From: Bacilli bacterium
GTDB taxonomy: Bacteria; Bacillota_I; Bacilli_A; RFN20; CAG-826
Reading direction: 5' to 3'
Assembly (NCBI GenBank): GCA_024695235.1
Contig: JAILIP010000002.1
Location: forward strand, 7,093 to 71,092
Length of the DNA: 64,000 nucleotides
Shown here in pieces: positions 29,149 to 38,163 of the stretch; position 1 is the stretch's first letter, and each line of letters begins with the position of its first letter. Made by a program: the position numbers and the translations under genes. The notes under the pieces were generated by a model. That model saw nothing but the letters and a program-made list of their open reading frames with translations, was not told the DNA's origin and ran no database searches.

Positions 29149-29179
29149 AGTTCTCACCGTAATGATGAGAACTTTTTTG
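29149..29179. terminator. bidirectional terminator
   Basis: agttctca-ccgtaatga-tgagaact hairpin followed by TTTTTTG. Confidence 0.7.
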
Positions 29180-29191
29180 TATTAGGTTCAA

Positions 29192-29539
29192 TTATCTTCT
29201 AACAGCGATAACGCCGAAGATACCACCAAGGATGTAGAAGATGTTTCCGCCAAGAACACCTAAGACGATGAAGAGGATATCCCATCCTTTGGAAGTATTT
29301 TTGCCTTTTGCTTTTCTAACCATTGCGATTGTGATTAATCCAACGATAAGAATGATAATACAGTAGACAAGTGTTCCGATACCATAGGCCATTCCGGCAA
29401 CTTCTGGTAAATCTTTGAAGATGTTGAACACATCTGCGATGGAAAGAATTGAGAATACGATACCAACAAGAGCAAAGATAACTAAAATCCATGTGAAGAT
29501 GTTGGCAATGGTGTACATAATTCTTGATGCTTTTTCCAT
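29192..29539 (-). CDS. small membrane protein (115 aa, 3 TM)
   Basis: Hydrophobic segments and GG-rich helices. Confidence 0.45.
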   Translation of the reverse strand: MEKASRIMYTIANIFTWILVIFALVGIVFSILSIADVFNIFKDLPEVAGMAYGIGTLVYCIIILIVGLITIAMVRKAKGKNTSKGWDILFIVLGVLGGNIFYILGGIFGVIAVRR

Positions 29540-29639
29540 TTATTTAACTCTCCTTATAAAAATTGCAAAAACAATAATATCACTAATCGCTGTAACTTGT
29601 ATTAAAAATATCATTTTTCTTTTATAAATGTATTGCATG

Positions 29640-29660
29640 TACACGAAATACGTGTATAAT
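29640..29660 (+). promoter_or_regulatory. higBA promoter with operator palindrome TACACG-N5-CGTGTA overlapping the TATAAT -10
   Basis: Perfect 6-bp inverted repeat; the -10 lies 6 nt upstream of the higB ATG. Confidence 0.5.
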
Positions 29661-29666
29661 TGAATT

Positions 29667-29954
29667 ATGATCAGAAGTTTCTTAGATAAAAAGACAGAAA
29701 AACTATTCAATCAAGAATATGTTAAGGGCATGCCTACTAACATACAAAAAGTAGCTTTGCGTAAGCTAATGATGATTGATGCTGCTGAAAAACTATCTGA
29801 TCTAAGAATTCCACCAGCAAATCATTTGGAAGCATTATCTGGCGATAGATTGGGCCAATGGAGCATTAGAATTAATGATCAATGGAGAATAGTCTTCGTT
29901 CCTGTTGATGGTGGAAAGAATTATGAAGACGTTGGAATAGTCGACTATCATTAA
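29667..29954 (+). CDS. higB: type II toxin HigB (RelE/ParE superfamily killer protein)
   Basis: GDRLGQWSIRINDQWRIVF...DYH matches the HigB killer-protein signature. Confidence 0.85.
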   Translation: MIRSFLDKKTEKLFNQEYVKGMPTNIQKVALRKLMMIDAAEKLSDLRIPPANHLEALSGDRLGQWSIRINDQWRIVFVPVDGGKNYEDVGIVDYH

Positions 29955-29967
29955 GGGGGATATAAGT

Positions 29968-30258
29968 ATGGCTAGAATTGAAACACCAAAGATTAGTGAA
30001 ATACTTAAGGAAGAATTCATGATTCCTTATGGACTTTCAGCGTATCGTTTAGCAAAAGCAATTGGCGTGCCCGTTTCTCGTGTGCAAGACATCCTTCATG
30101 ATAGAAGAAAAATTAGTGTCGAAACGTCTATTAGATTAGGAAGATATTTTGGATTAAGCGATAGATATTTCTTAAATCTCCAAAACGATATAGATATTCG
30201 TGATGCTTATGCATCAATAGGCGACAGTATTTCAGATATTATTCCTTTAGCTATATAA
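29968..30258 (+). CDS. higA: antitoxin HigA (XRE-family HTH)
   Basis: YGLSAYRLAKAIGVPVSRVQDILHDRRKISVETSIRLGRYFG HTH; toxin-first order typical of hig. Confidence 0.85.
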   Translation: MARIETPKISEILKEEFMIPYGLSAYRLAKAIGVPVSRVQDILHDRRKISVETSIRLGRYFGLSDRYFLNLQNDIDIRDAYASIGDSISDIIPLAI

Positions 30259-30285
30259 AATAATACAAAGTATTATATCAAAAAG

Positions 30286-30312
30286 TTGGCACTCTCACTT
30301 GTAGAGTGCTAA
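30286..30312 (+). promoter_or_regulatory. CIRCE element (HrcA operator) upstream of clpB
   Basis: TTGGCACTC-N9-GAGTGCTAA versus consensus TTAGCACTC-N9-GAGTGCTAA; followed by the extended -10 TGTGATACAAT. Confidence 0.8.
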
Positions 30313-30351
30313 TTTTGTGATACAATAATGTTGGTAAAGGAGGACAAACAT

Positions 30352-32460
30352 ATGCAAATGAATGAAGTACCAAATTATGAAAATGATAAAGAAATCCTTC
30401 AAAAATTCGGCCGTAACATTAACGAAGAAGTTAAAAAAGGAAAGATAAATCCTGTTATTGGTCGCGACGAAGAAATTCGTAAGATTATTGAGATCTTAGC
30501 TCGTAAGACTAAAAACAATGTCATCCTTTTAGGTGAACCTGGTGTTGGTAAAACCGCTATTTTGGAAGGACTTGCAGAACGTATTGTAAAAGATGATGTC
30601 CCTTCTATATTAAAAGATAAAGTTATTTATGAACTTGATATGGGAGCACTTGTTGCAGGTGCTAAGTATCGTGGTGAATTTGAAGAAAGACTAAAAGCAG
30701 TCTTAAATAAAATCAAAGAAAGTGAAGGAAAGATCATTCTTTTCATTGATGAAATTCATCTTATCGTAGGTGCTGGCAGAACTGATGGTGCTCTTGATGC
30801 ATCAAATATGCTTAAACCAATGCTTGCAAGAGGCGAAATTGATTGTATCGGTGCAACTACTTTAAAAGAGTATCGTGAATACATTGAAAAAGATCGTGCC
30901 CTTGAAAGACGTTTCCAACCAGTCATGGTCAATGAACCAAGTGTTGAAGATACAGTTACCATTCTTCGCGGACTTAAGAATAGATTTGAATCATTCCACG
31001 GGGTGAAGATTACTGATAACGCTTTAATTGCCGCAGCTACATTATCCAATAGATATTTAACTTCTCGTTTCCTTCCTGATAAGGCAATCGATTTAGTTGA
31101 TGAAGCATGCGCATCTATTAAAGTAGATTTAGCAAGCATGCCTCAAGAACTTGATGAACTTGAAAGAAAGATTAGACAACTTCAAATCGAAAAGGTCGCT
31201 CTATCAAAAGAAAAAGATGAAGCTTCTAAGAAGAGATTAGCAGCAGTGGAAGCTGAACTTTCTGAACTTCAAAAGAAAGATGATGAACTCACTACTGAAT
31301 GGAAGAAAGAAAAAGAAGAAATTCTTGAAATTAAATCCGTTAAAGAAAAACTTGAGAAGGCAAGATTTGATTTAGATGTTGCTCTTTCTCATGGGGAATA
31401 TGAAAAAGCAGGGGAACTTCAATATAAGACAATCCCTGAACTTGAAAAGAAACTCGTTGAAAATGATTCTTTAAAAGATAACAAGATGATTTCAGAAGTT
31501 GTAGACGAATCTCAAATTGCAAAGATTATATCTAAACTCACAAACATTCCTCTTTCAAAGATTGAAAAAGGCGATAGAGAAAAAGTCTTAGATCTTAAAA
31601 AGACATTATCTCGTAGAGTTATCGGACAAGATGAGGCTCTCACTTTAGTGAGTGACGCCATCTTACGTCAAAGAGCAGGTATTAAAGATGCTAATAGACC
31701 AATTGGTAGTTTCCTCTTCTTAGGTCCTACTGGTGTAGGTAAAACAGAGGTTGCGAAAGCGTTAGCAGAATCACTCTTTGATAGTGAATCTCATATCATC
31801 AGAATTGATATGTCTGAATATATGGAGAAGTACTCAACATCTAGACTTATAGGTGCTCCTCCAGGATATGTTGGTTATGAAGAAGGCGGTCAATTAACTG
31901 AAAAGGTTAGACGAAATCCATATTCAATTGTGTTATTTGATGAAATTGAAAAAGCTCATCCTGAAGTATTTAATCTTCTTCTTCAAATGCTTGATGATGG
32001 TAGATTAACTGACTCTCAAGGTAGAGTGGTGGACTTTAAAAACACAATTATCATCATGACATCAAACTTAGGAAGTGAATATTTACTTAATAATGAAAGA
32101 GATAAAGTCGAAACACTTCTCCATCAAACATTCAAACCAGAGTTTTTGAATCGTATTGATGAAATTGTGTATTTCTCACCTTTAGGCAAAGATACTCAAA
32201 GAAAGATTGTTGAAAAGATGTTATCTAACCTCAACAATAGACTCAAAGAATCATACTATAGCTTTGAATTCTCTGAAAAACTCAAAGACTATATCCTTGA
32301 TAGTGCCTATTCACCTACATTTGGAGCGCGTCCAATTAAACGCTTTATCCAAAATAAGGTAGAAACAACAATTGCAAATAAGATAATTTCTCAAGAGGTT
32401 GATACAAAACATAAATATCTTGTCGACTATGACAAAGATATAGTTGTTAAAGAAATCTAA
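30352..32460 (+). CDS. clpB: chaperone ClpB lacking the N-terminal Clp_N domain
   Basis: Two AAA+ modules ([10 protein letters not shown]; [14 protein letters not shown]) separated by a coiled-coil M-domain; start set at the ATG after AAAGGAGGA, since the 30328 ATG sits inside the promoter. Confidence 0.85.
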   Translation: MQMNEVPNYENDKEILQKFGRNINEEVKKGKINPVIGRDEEIRKIIEILARKTKNNVILLGEPGVGKTAILEGLAERIVKDDVPSILKDKVIYELDMGALVAGAKYRGEFEERLKAVLNKIKESEGKIILFIDEIHLIVGAGRTDGALDASNMLKPMLARGEIDCIGATTLKEYREYIEKDRALERRFQPVMVNEPSVEDTVTILRGLKNRFESFHGVKITDNALIAAATLSNRYLTSRFLPDKAIDLVDEACASIKVDLASMPQELDELERKIRQLQIEKVALSKEKDEASKKRLAAVEAELSELQKKDDELTTEWKKEKEEILEIKSVKEKLEKARFDLDVALSHGEYEKAGELQYKTIPELEKKLVENDSLKDNKMISEVVDESQIAKIISKLTNIPLSKIEKGDREKVLDLKKTLSRRVIGQDEALTLVSDAILRQRAGIKDANRPIGSFLFLGPTGVGKTEVAKALAESLFDSESHIIRIDMSEYMEKYSTSRLIGAPPGYVGYEEGGQLTEKVRRNPYSIVLFDEIEKAHPEVFNLLLQMLDDGRLTDSQGRVVDFKNTIIIMTSNLGSEYLLNNERDKVETLLHQTFKPEFLNRIDEIVYFSPLGKDTQRKIVEKMLSNLNNRLKESYYSFEFSEKLKDYILDSAYSPTFGARPIKRFIQNKVETTIANKIISQEVDTKHKYLVDYDKDIVVKEI

Positions 32461-32480
32461 TTCTTATAGGTCATCAAAAA

Positions 32481-32508
32481 AAGATGGCCTTTTTCTTTGG
32501 CCATCTTA
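32481..32508. terminator. bidirectional terminator
   Basis: aagatggcc-loop-ggccatctt hairpin. Confidence 0.7.
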
Positions 32509-32511
32509 TCA

Positions 32512-33171
32512 TTAAGCAACTATAGGAGCAGTTACTGTTGTATTTCCCCAATCAGAGAATGTGTATGTATGAGAATAACCCTCATCATCGATATAATCCC
32601 ATTTCATAACAATATTGTTTTCAAAATAGAAATTTAGATTGGTATACGTTTTTTCACTTTGAAGAGCACTATCTGTGTGATATGCATGAGTAGATTCATT
32701 AAATGTCATTGAAGAGAAGGCTATATTATCAAAATAGTCTAGCCACCATTTGAAATCATCTAATGTCATATCATCAATTAGTCCATAGTCTTGAGGATCG
32801 GTATATGTGTCTTCGTAATAGTAATGATAGCCGCCAGTTTCTTTGATGTAGTATTGAATGCTTCCATTATAGTCAAACTTATAACTACCATGATCATAAT
32901 AGTAATGATAGTAATCTGATTGACTTTCGTCATCATCTCTAATTGTGTAGCTTATATCATCACTTAATAATCCATATCCATTTATATAGTTATTCCATAG
33001 TTCTTCACTTATTTGGTAATACTCAATTTGACCTCCGCTAGTAGTATCACTACCACTAGTGTCTGTTGTAGAAGTGCCACTTGTATCTTGATCTTTTGAT
33101 TGCTCTTTATCTTTACAACCACCTAAAGTTAAAGAAGATAATGCAATTAAGACTAATAAATGTTTTTTCAT
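32512..33171 (-). CDS. Tyr/Asp-rich lipoprotein
   Basis: Lipobox LTLGGC after an MKKHLLVLIALSS signal peptide; start set at the ATG after a GAGGT RBS. Confidence 0.55.
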   Translation of the reverse strand: MKKHLLVLIALSSLTLGGCKDKEQSKDQDTSGTSTTDTSGSDTTSGGQIEYYQISEELWNNYINGYGLLSDDISYTIRDDDESQSDYYHYYYDHGSYKFDYNGSIQYYIKETGGYHYYYEDTYTDPQDYGLIDDMTLDDFKWWLDYFDNIAFSSMTFNESTHAYHTDSALQSEKTYTNLNFYFENNIVMKWDYIDDEGYSHTYTFSDWGNTTVTAPIVA

Positions 33172-33373
33172 AGAGTTACCTCGCATGTATATATTCTACA
33201 CTCTTTAATTAAATATATATAATAATTGATTCTATATGCACGCGCGCATAGACAACGATAATTTATGATAGAAAAATATAAAAAAATAAAAAATATCAAA
33301 AAATTTTATCGAAAAAAAGTTTCGATGAATTCGAGCTTTTTAAGAAAATCGCAAAAAAATATAAAAAAAGTGC

Positions 33374-33402
33374 TTGCTTTATATATTCAATAAGAGCATA
33401 AT
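33374..33402 (+). promoter_or_regulatory. sigma-70-like promoter (TTGCTT-17-CATAAT) for the repeat ncRNA locus
   Basis: Hexamers with 17-nt spacing; AT-rich UP-like tract upstream. Confidence 0.5.
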
Positions 33403-33409
33403 ATACATC

Positions 33410-34494
33410 GTTCGGTCCGAGAGGAACGGACAAGCGCTAAGTACTGATAAGTACTTAGAGTAGCTTAGACTAGGTAAGCCAATCGACGCCTTCAAGAGAA
33501 GTTGTCACAGCGGTTCTGGAAATAAAAAAAGCTTAAAGAAAAATTCCAGATTAACGATTGCACTAGCACGAATACCTCGCAAGAGATATTCAGGGTGATT
33601 CTCCCTCCTAGAGTGGATGCTGAGTTAGAGCTTAACAGCGTAATACCACCGCCCGACAAGAACGAAGAGAATCAAGTAAAAAGCAAGGATCCTTAAGGCT
33701 AATAACCCAAAGGATGGCCGAATCACGTTAAAACAACTCAAAGCGTGAGATAAGTAAGAAGAGAGAAACTTCTACGAATAAGGCCCTAGAGAGCTCAGCC
33801 AGAGATAAGACGGTCAACCAATAAAACGACGTTGATAGTAAGGTATCTGGAGTCAAACTTCTCCAGTCAATGACCGCAATCGGCTTCTTCCCACTAGGGA
33901 AAGAAAACGGCACACCTCCCTGTTACAGTGGTCGCTGAGTTAGAGCTTAACAGCGTAAAACCACCGCCGGACACGATCAAAGAGGAAAGCAAAAAGAAGC
34001 TAATAGTTAACGCTATTAGAAAAAGCCTAAGCTACATTACTCAACCTAACGTGTAGCGATAAGAGAAGAACTGCAAATGACCTGGTATCTTCTCTAAAGA
34101 AACGGCCTAAAGAGTTCAAGACTAGATAAGACGATGCAGTCCTTAAATTGAACGAGGACGTCCAGGAGTCAAACACTACTGGTTAGGATATCGCACTAGC
34201 AAAGGGTTATTACGAAAGTAGTAATCATCGGTACGTCCCTCATGACGCAAGTCATCGGTCTCCACGTATGAGTTTGATGGAGTAAACCCGACACCGGACA
34301 CGACGAAGAGGGAAACAGCCCTGAAGCTAATAACTAAGGGAAGCCGGCCACTAGAGTGCTACGCAATTACATACACTCTAGAAGCAAGAAGCATCACCGG
34401 CCAAAAGGAACTCAACTTATGTATTGCGTGGCAGGGACTTGTCCCTGCTGCGGAATAACGGTTAAACGTGACGTGCGAACGTCACATTTTTTTA
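33410..34494 (+). ncRNA. candidate large structured ncRNA: at least 3.5 diverged tandem copies of a ~330-nt unit
   Basis: No ORF over 60 codons on either strand across about 1.1 kb; GC-enriched versus flanks; conserved islands recur (gagttagagcttaacagcgtaaTaccaccgcc, aagctaataa, agataagacg, ggagtcaaac, cgcactagca); perfect 9-bp hairpin near the 5' end; ends in an intrinsic terminator. Confidence 0.5.
34468..34494 (+). terminator. rho-independent terminator ending the repeat ncRNA locus
   Basis: gtgacg-tgcgaa-cgtcac hairpin followed by TTTTTTT. Confidence 0.75.
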
Positions 34495-34591
34495 TCTCTA
34501 AGGGTCCTTATGGGCTCTTTTTTTATATTTAGAATCAATAAACTTGTTATTTAACAATATTTTTATAAAATATTCATAAGGAGAATATCTT

Positions 34592-35839
34592 ATGCCAGAA
34601 TATGTTATCGTCTTACTTTTTGTTTTATTAGGAGTAGTCCTTATTGGATTAGTTGTTTTAGGAGTACTTATTCTTAAGTTATCTAAGAAACAAACAGTTA
34701 GTGGTGCTCCTATGGATCAACAAGCCATCGGTGAAGTAAAAGCAAAGATAGATTCCATTGATAAACAAGTTGAAAAGTCTCTTGAAATCGTCATGGCGAA
34801 AGAGATGATCAAACTTTCTAAAGAATATGGCGATAATACAGAAAAGTCTGCTCAAAGTCTTTCTAAATTCCAATCAAACATCAACGAATTCCTTCAAAAA
34901 AGAATCGATGCTTTGAATAAACAACTTGATGATAAGATTGCATTACTTGATAAAAAGGTAGATGACAAATTAAATCAAGGATTCAAAGGAACATCTGAAT
35001 CAATGGCCCAAGTTCGTGAAAGACTTAAAGCAATTGATGAGGCTCAAAAGCAAATGGAAGGCCTCGGAAAAGAAGTTGTTTCTCTTAAAAATGTTTTAGA
35101 AGGCAATCAAACACGTGGTCAATATGGTGAATATCAACTTTCGATGGTTCTCCATAATGTTTTTGGAGATACAGTTGGTTGCTATGAAGAGCAATACACG
35201 ATGAAAAAGGTTAAAGATGGTGATGATGTCCGCGCTGATGCGGTGGTCTTCATGCCAGAACCCAATAAAATGATTGCAATTGACTCTAAGTTCCCGTTCC
35301 AAGATTACAAACGTATCTTTGAAGCAGAAAGTGAAGAAGAAAAAGAATCACTTAAAAGAGATTTTGCAGCCGCTGTTAAAAAACACATCACAGTTATAAA
35401 AGATAAATATATTGTTGAAGGCAAAACTGCTCCTGAAGCACTTATGTTTATTCCAAATGATGGAGTATTTGCTTTTGTTCATCATGAACTTCAAGATGTG
35501 GTGGAATACGCTAGAGAAAAATGTGTCATCTTAACATCTCCATCAACCCTTCCTCCAATTCTTGTCACGATTAATATGGTGAGAATTGATGCTGAGAGAG
35601 CAAAGAATGCTAAAGAGATTTCCAAGCACTTAGCAAAGCTTGGCAAAGACTTCGAAATGTTCTCTAGAGAATGGGAAAGTCTATCAAGGCAAATTGATCA
35701 AGCTGCTAAATCAAGAGAAAAACTTGATTCAAGAGTGAACAAGATTACAACCAAATTTGACTCCATAAATGAGGTCGAATTACTCGAAGAAAAAGAAGAT
35801 AATTCAGTTCAAGAAATATCAATATTATCTGATGAATAA
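34592..35839 (+). CDS. rmuC: DNA recombination protein RmuC
   Basis: N-terminal TM, long coiled-coil, then a C-terminal RmuC nuclease-like region (ADAVVFMPEPNKMIAIDSKFPFQDY...FIPNDGVF). Confidence 0.75.
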   Translation: MPEYVIVLLFVLLGVVLIGLVVLGVLILKLSKKQTVSGAPMDQQAIGEVKAKIDSIDKQVEKSLEIVMAKEMIKLSKEYGDNTEKSAQSLSKFQSNINEFLQKRIDALNKQLDDKIALLDKKVDDKLNQGFKGTSESMAQVRERLKAIDEAQKQMEGLGKEVVSLKNVLEGNQTRGQYGEYQLSMVLHNVFGDTVGCYEEQYTMKKVKDGDDVRADAVVFMPEPNKMIAIDSKFPFQDYKRIFEAESEEEKESLKRDFAAAVKKHITVIKDKYIVEGKTAPEALMFIPNDGVFAFVHHELQDVVEYAREKCVILTSPSTLPPILVTINMVRIDAERAKNAKEISKHLAKLGKDFEMFSREWESLSRQIDQAAKSREKLDSRVNKITTKFDSINEVELLEEKEDNSVQEISILSDE

Positions 35840-35845
35840 AAAAGA

Positions 35846-35872
35846 AGTAGATACTATGTATCTACTTTTTAT
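35846..35872. terminator. bidirectional terminator
   Basis: agtagata-ctatg-tatctact hairpin flanked by A-run and T-run. Confidence 0.7.
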
Positions 35873-36695
35873 TAATTTCTAATGCAAGCTCACCGAGGAG
35901 TGGCTCGAATTTAACACCATACCAATGGTCTGGATCACCAATGGTATTTTTGATGCATTTGACAACGAAGTCTGCGGCAATCTTGCTTGATTTGAATGCA
36001 TCATTATTTTTTAGATATGCACCTAAGAAACTTGATGCATAGACATCACCTGTACCGTGATAGCTTTGTTGTAGTTTTTGATGTTCATAGTATTTAACAT
36101 CTTTTTCATAGACGACAACACCAGTCATGCCTTCCTTATATGAGACGCCTGTTAGGATGATTGTCTTTGCGCCTAACTTTCTTAAACCATCAAGAAGTGA
36201 TTTGATGTATTTTTCATCATATTCAGTTTTAAATTCAATTCCAGTTAAGAAGCTTGCTTCTGTGATATTTGGAAGAAGGATGTCTGCTTTAGCGCATAAC
36301 TTCTTCATTGCTTCAACATATTCGTTATTGAAGATTGGATATAGTTTTCCGTTATCTCCCATAACTGGATCAAGCACGAACTTGCCATCTTCTTTAAGTT
36401 CGTCTTTTATCATTCTTTCAACTAATGGGAAAATGCTAATGCTTCCTAAATATCCTGCATAGACAGCATCAAATTTAATCCCTTCTTTTTTGTGATGGTC
36501 TAGGATATGAGGAATATCATTACTTAAATCATTAAATGTAAAATCTTTGAATCCATATGTGTGGGTTGAAAGCACCGCACTAGGGATAATTGCAGTTTCA
36601 ACACCAGCTGCACTTAAGACAGGTAATGCTACAGTAATAGAACATTGTCCGTAGCATGAAATATCCTGAATTGTAATTACTTTTTTGTTGCTCAT
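35862..36695 (-). CDS. pdxK: pyridoxal/pyridoxamine kinase (ribokinase superfamily)
   Basis: GYLGS...DPVMGDNGKLY...TGVSY...HGTGDVYAS; start moved to the second ATG because TATATAAT (-10) lies within the first 10 codons of the ORF-track start. Confidence 0.7.
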   Translation of the reverse strand: MSNKKVITIQDISCYGQCSITVALPVLSAAGVETAIIPSAVLSTHTYGFKDFTFNDLSNDIPHILDHHKKEGIKFDAVYAGYLGSISIFPLVERMIKDELKEDGKFVLDPVMGDNGKLYPIFNNEYVEAMKKLCAKADILLPNITEASFLTGIEFKTEYDEKYIKSLLDGLRKLGAKTIILTGVSYKEGMTGVVVYEKDVKYYEHQKLQQSYHGTGDVYASSFLGAYLKNNDAFKSSKIAADFVVKCIKNTIGDPDHWYGVKFEPLLGELALEINKK

Positions 36696-36775
36696 AATAC
36701 ACACATTATATATATTTTTTTGCAAATGTTAAACATTTTAACAAAGTTAATATATTTTGCATTATAATCATAGTA

Positions 36776-36928
36776 ATGTTTTCCCCAGATAATAAGAAAA
36801 ACAATCCTCAAGCTCATCGTGAAGAGCCTTTAACAGGTGATGATTTAGAGATGATTCAAGAACTTGATTACGAAGAGAAGAAAAGAAATAGACCCTATGA
36901 TCCATATGAAAGACATTGGGATGAAGCA
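36776..36928 (+). CDS. possible leaderless small acidic protein (50 aa), below the ORF-track cutoff
   Basis: TATAAT at 36763-36768 lies 7 nt upstream of the ATG; MFSPDNKKNNPQAHREEPLTGDDLEMIQELDYEEKKRNRPYDPYERHWDEA; ends 13 nt before glyA. Confidence 0.3.
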
Positions 36929-36943
36929 TAAAGGAGAATAGCC

Positions 36944-38152
36944 ATGGATAAAGACATTGAAAGACTAATTAGAAAAGAAACCAAAAGACAAAACGAAGGC
37001 ATTGAACTAATCGCTAGTGAAAACTATGCCTCAAAAGATGTTCGTAAAGCATGTTCATCTATTTTGACAAATAAATATGCTGAAGGATATCCACACAAAA
37101 GATATTACGGTGGTTGTGAATTTGTTGATCAAGTAGAAGAACTCGCTCAAGAAAGATGCAAAGAACTTTTCGGCGCTAAGTTTGCTAACGTTCAACCTCA
37201 TTCTGGCTCACAAGCTAATGCCGAAGCTTATCGTGCTTTACTTCCAAATGGTGGAAAGATTCTTTCACTTGTCTTAAATGATGGTGGTCACCTCACTCAT
37301 GGTAGCCCAGTTTCATTTTCTTCTTTTATGTACAACTTTGTTTTCTATCCACTTAAAGATGGACATCTAGATTACAAAGGAATTCTAGAGATGGCTAAAA
37401 AAGAAAAGCCAGATTTAATCCTTGCTGGTTATAGCGCATACCCATACGCAATTGATTTCAAGAAACTCCGTGAAATCTGTGATGAAGTCGGATGTTTATT
37501 CATGGTTGATATGGCTCACATTGCTGGCCTTATTGCCGCTAAAGAACACATGTCACCAGTTCCATATGCTGATGTAGTTACATCTACAACACATAAGACA
37601 CTTAGGGGTCCTAGAGGCGGAATCATTCTTACAAATGATGAAGAATTAGCAAAGAGAATTAACTCTGCTGTATTCCCATTCTATCAAGGTGGACCACTTG
37701 AACATATTATTGCTGCAAAAGCAACATGCTTCAGAGAAGCATTATCACCAGAATTCAAGAAATATATTAAAGGTGTGGTGGAAAACACCAAAGCTTGCCA
37801 AGAAGAATTCGCACGTCTTGGAGATGAAGTAAGTGGAAGTGACAATCACCTCTTTTTACTCAATACTTTAAAATCCTTTGGATTAACCGGTTTAGATGCT
37901 CAAAAGAAGCTTGAGGGTATAAATGTTACAACCAACAAAAACATGCTTCCAAATGACACACTTAAACCAAACAAGACAAGTGGTCTAAGAATTGGTTTTG
38001 CTGCTATCACTACTAGAGGTTGCAATAAAACTGAAGCTAGAAAGATTGCTAAACTAATTCACGATTACTTAAGCGATAAGATCTCTCAAAAAGATGCTAA
38101 AATTATTGTTAAAGATTTAACAAAGAACTGGAAATTAATTCAACAAATCTAA
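36944..38152 (+). CDS. glyA: serine hydroxymethyltransferase
   Basis: LIASENYASKDV, TSTTHKTLRGPRGG (PLP Lys). Confidence 0.92.
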   Translation: MDKDIERLIRKETKRQNEGIELIASENYASKDVRKACSSILTNKYAEGYPHKRYYGGCEFVDQVEELAQERCKELFGAKFANVQPHSGSQANAEAYRALLPNGGKILSLVLNDGGHLTHGSPVSFSSFMYNFVFYPLKDGHLDYKGILEMAKKEKPDLILAGYSAYPYAIDFKKLREICDEVGCLFMVDMAHIAGLIAAKEHMSPVPYADVVTSTTHKTLRGPRGGIILTNDEELAKRINSAVFPFYQGGPLEHIIAAKATCFREALSPEFKKYIKGVVENTKACQEEFARLGDEVSGSDNHLFLLNTLKSFGLTGLDAQKKLEGINVTTNKNMLPNDTLKPNKTSGLRIGFAAITTRGCNKTEARKIAKLIHDYLSDKISQKDAKIIVKDLTKNWKLIQQI

Positions 38153-38163
38153 GAGGTGAAAAT

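Noticed and set aside
33410-34494. RNase P RNA, group II intron, or rRNA fragment explanation for the GC-rich non-coding locus
   Set aside because: There is no RNase P CR-I/CR-V motif (AGGAAAGUCC / GGGCAG...). There is no group II 5' GUGYG, domain V or intron-encoded protein ORF. The similarity to the 23S 3' domain is limited to two short words (GAGATAAG, CGACGTTGATAG) and does not extend.
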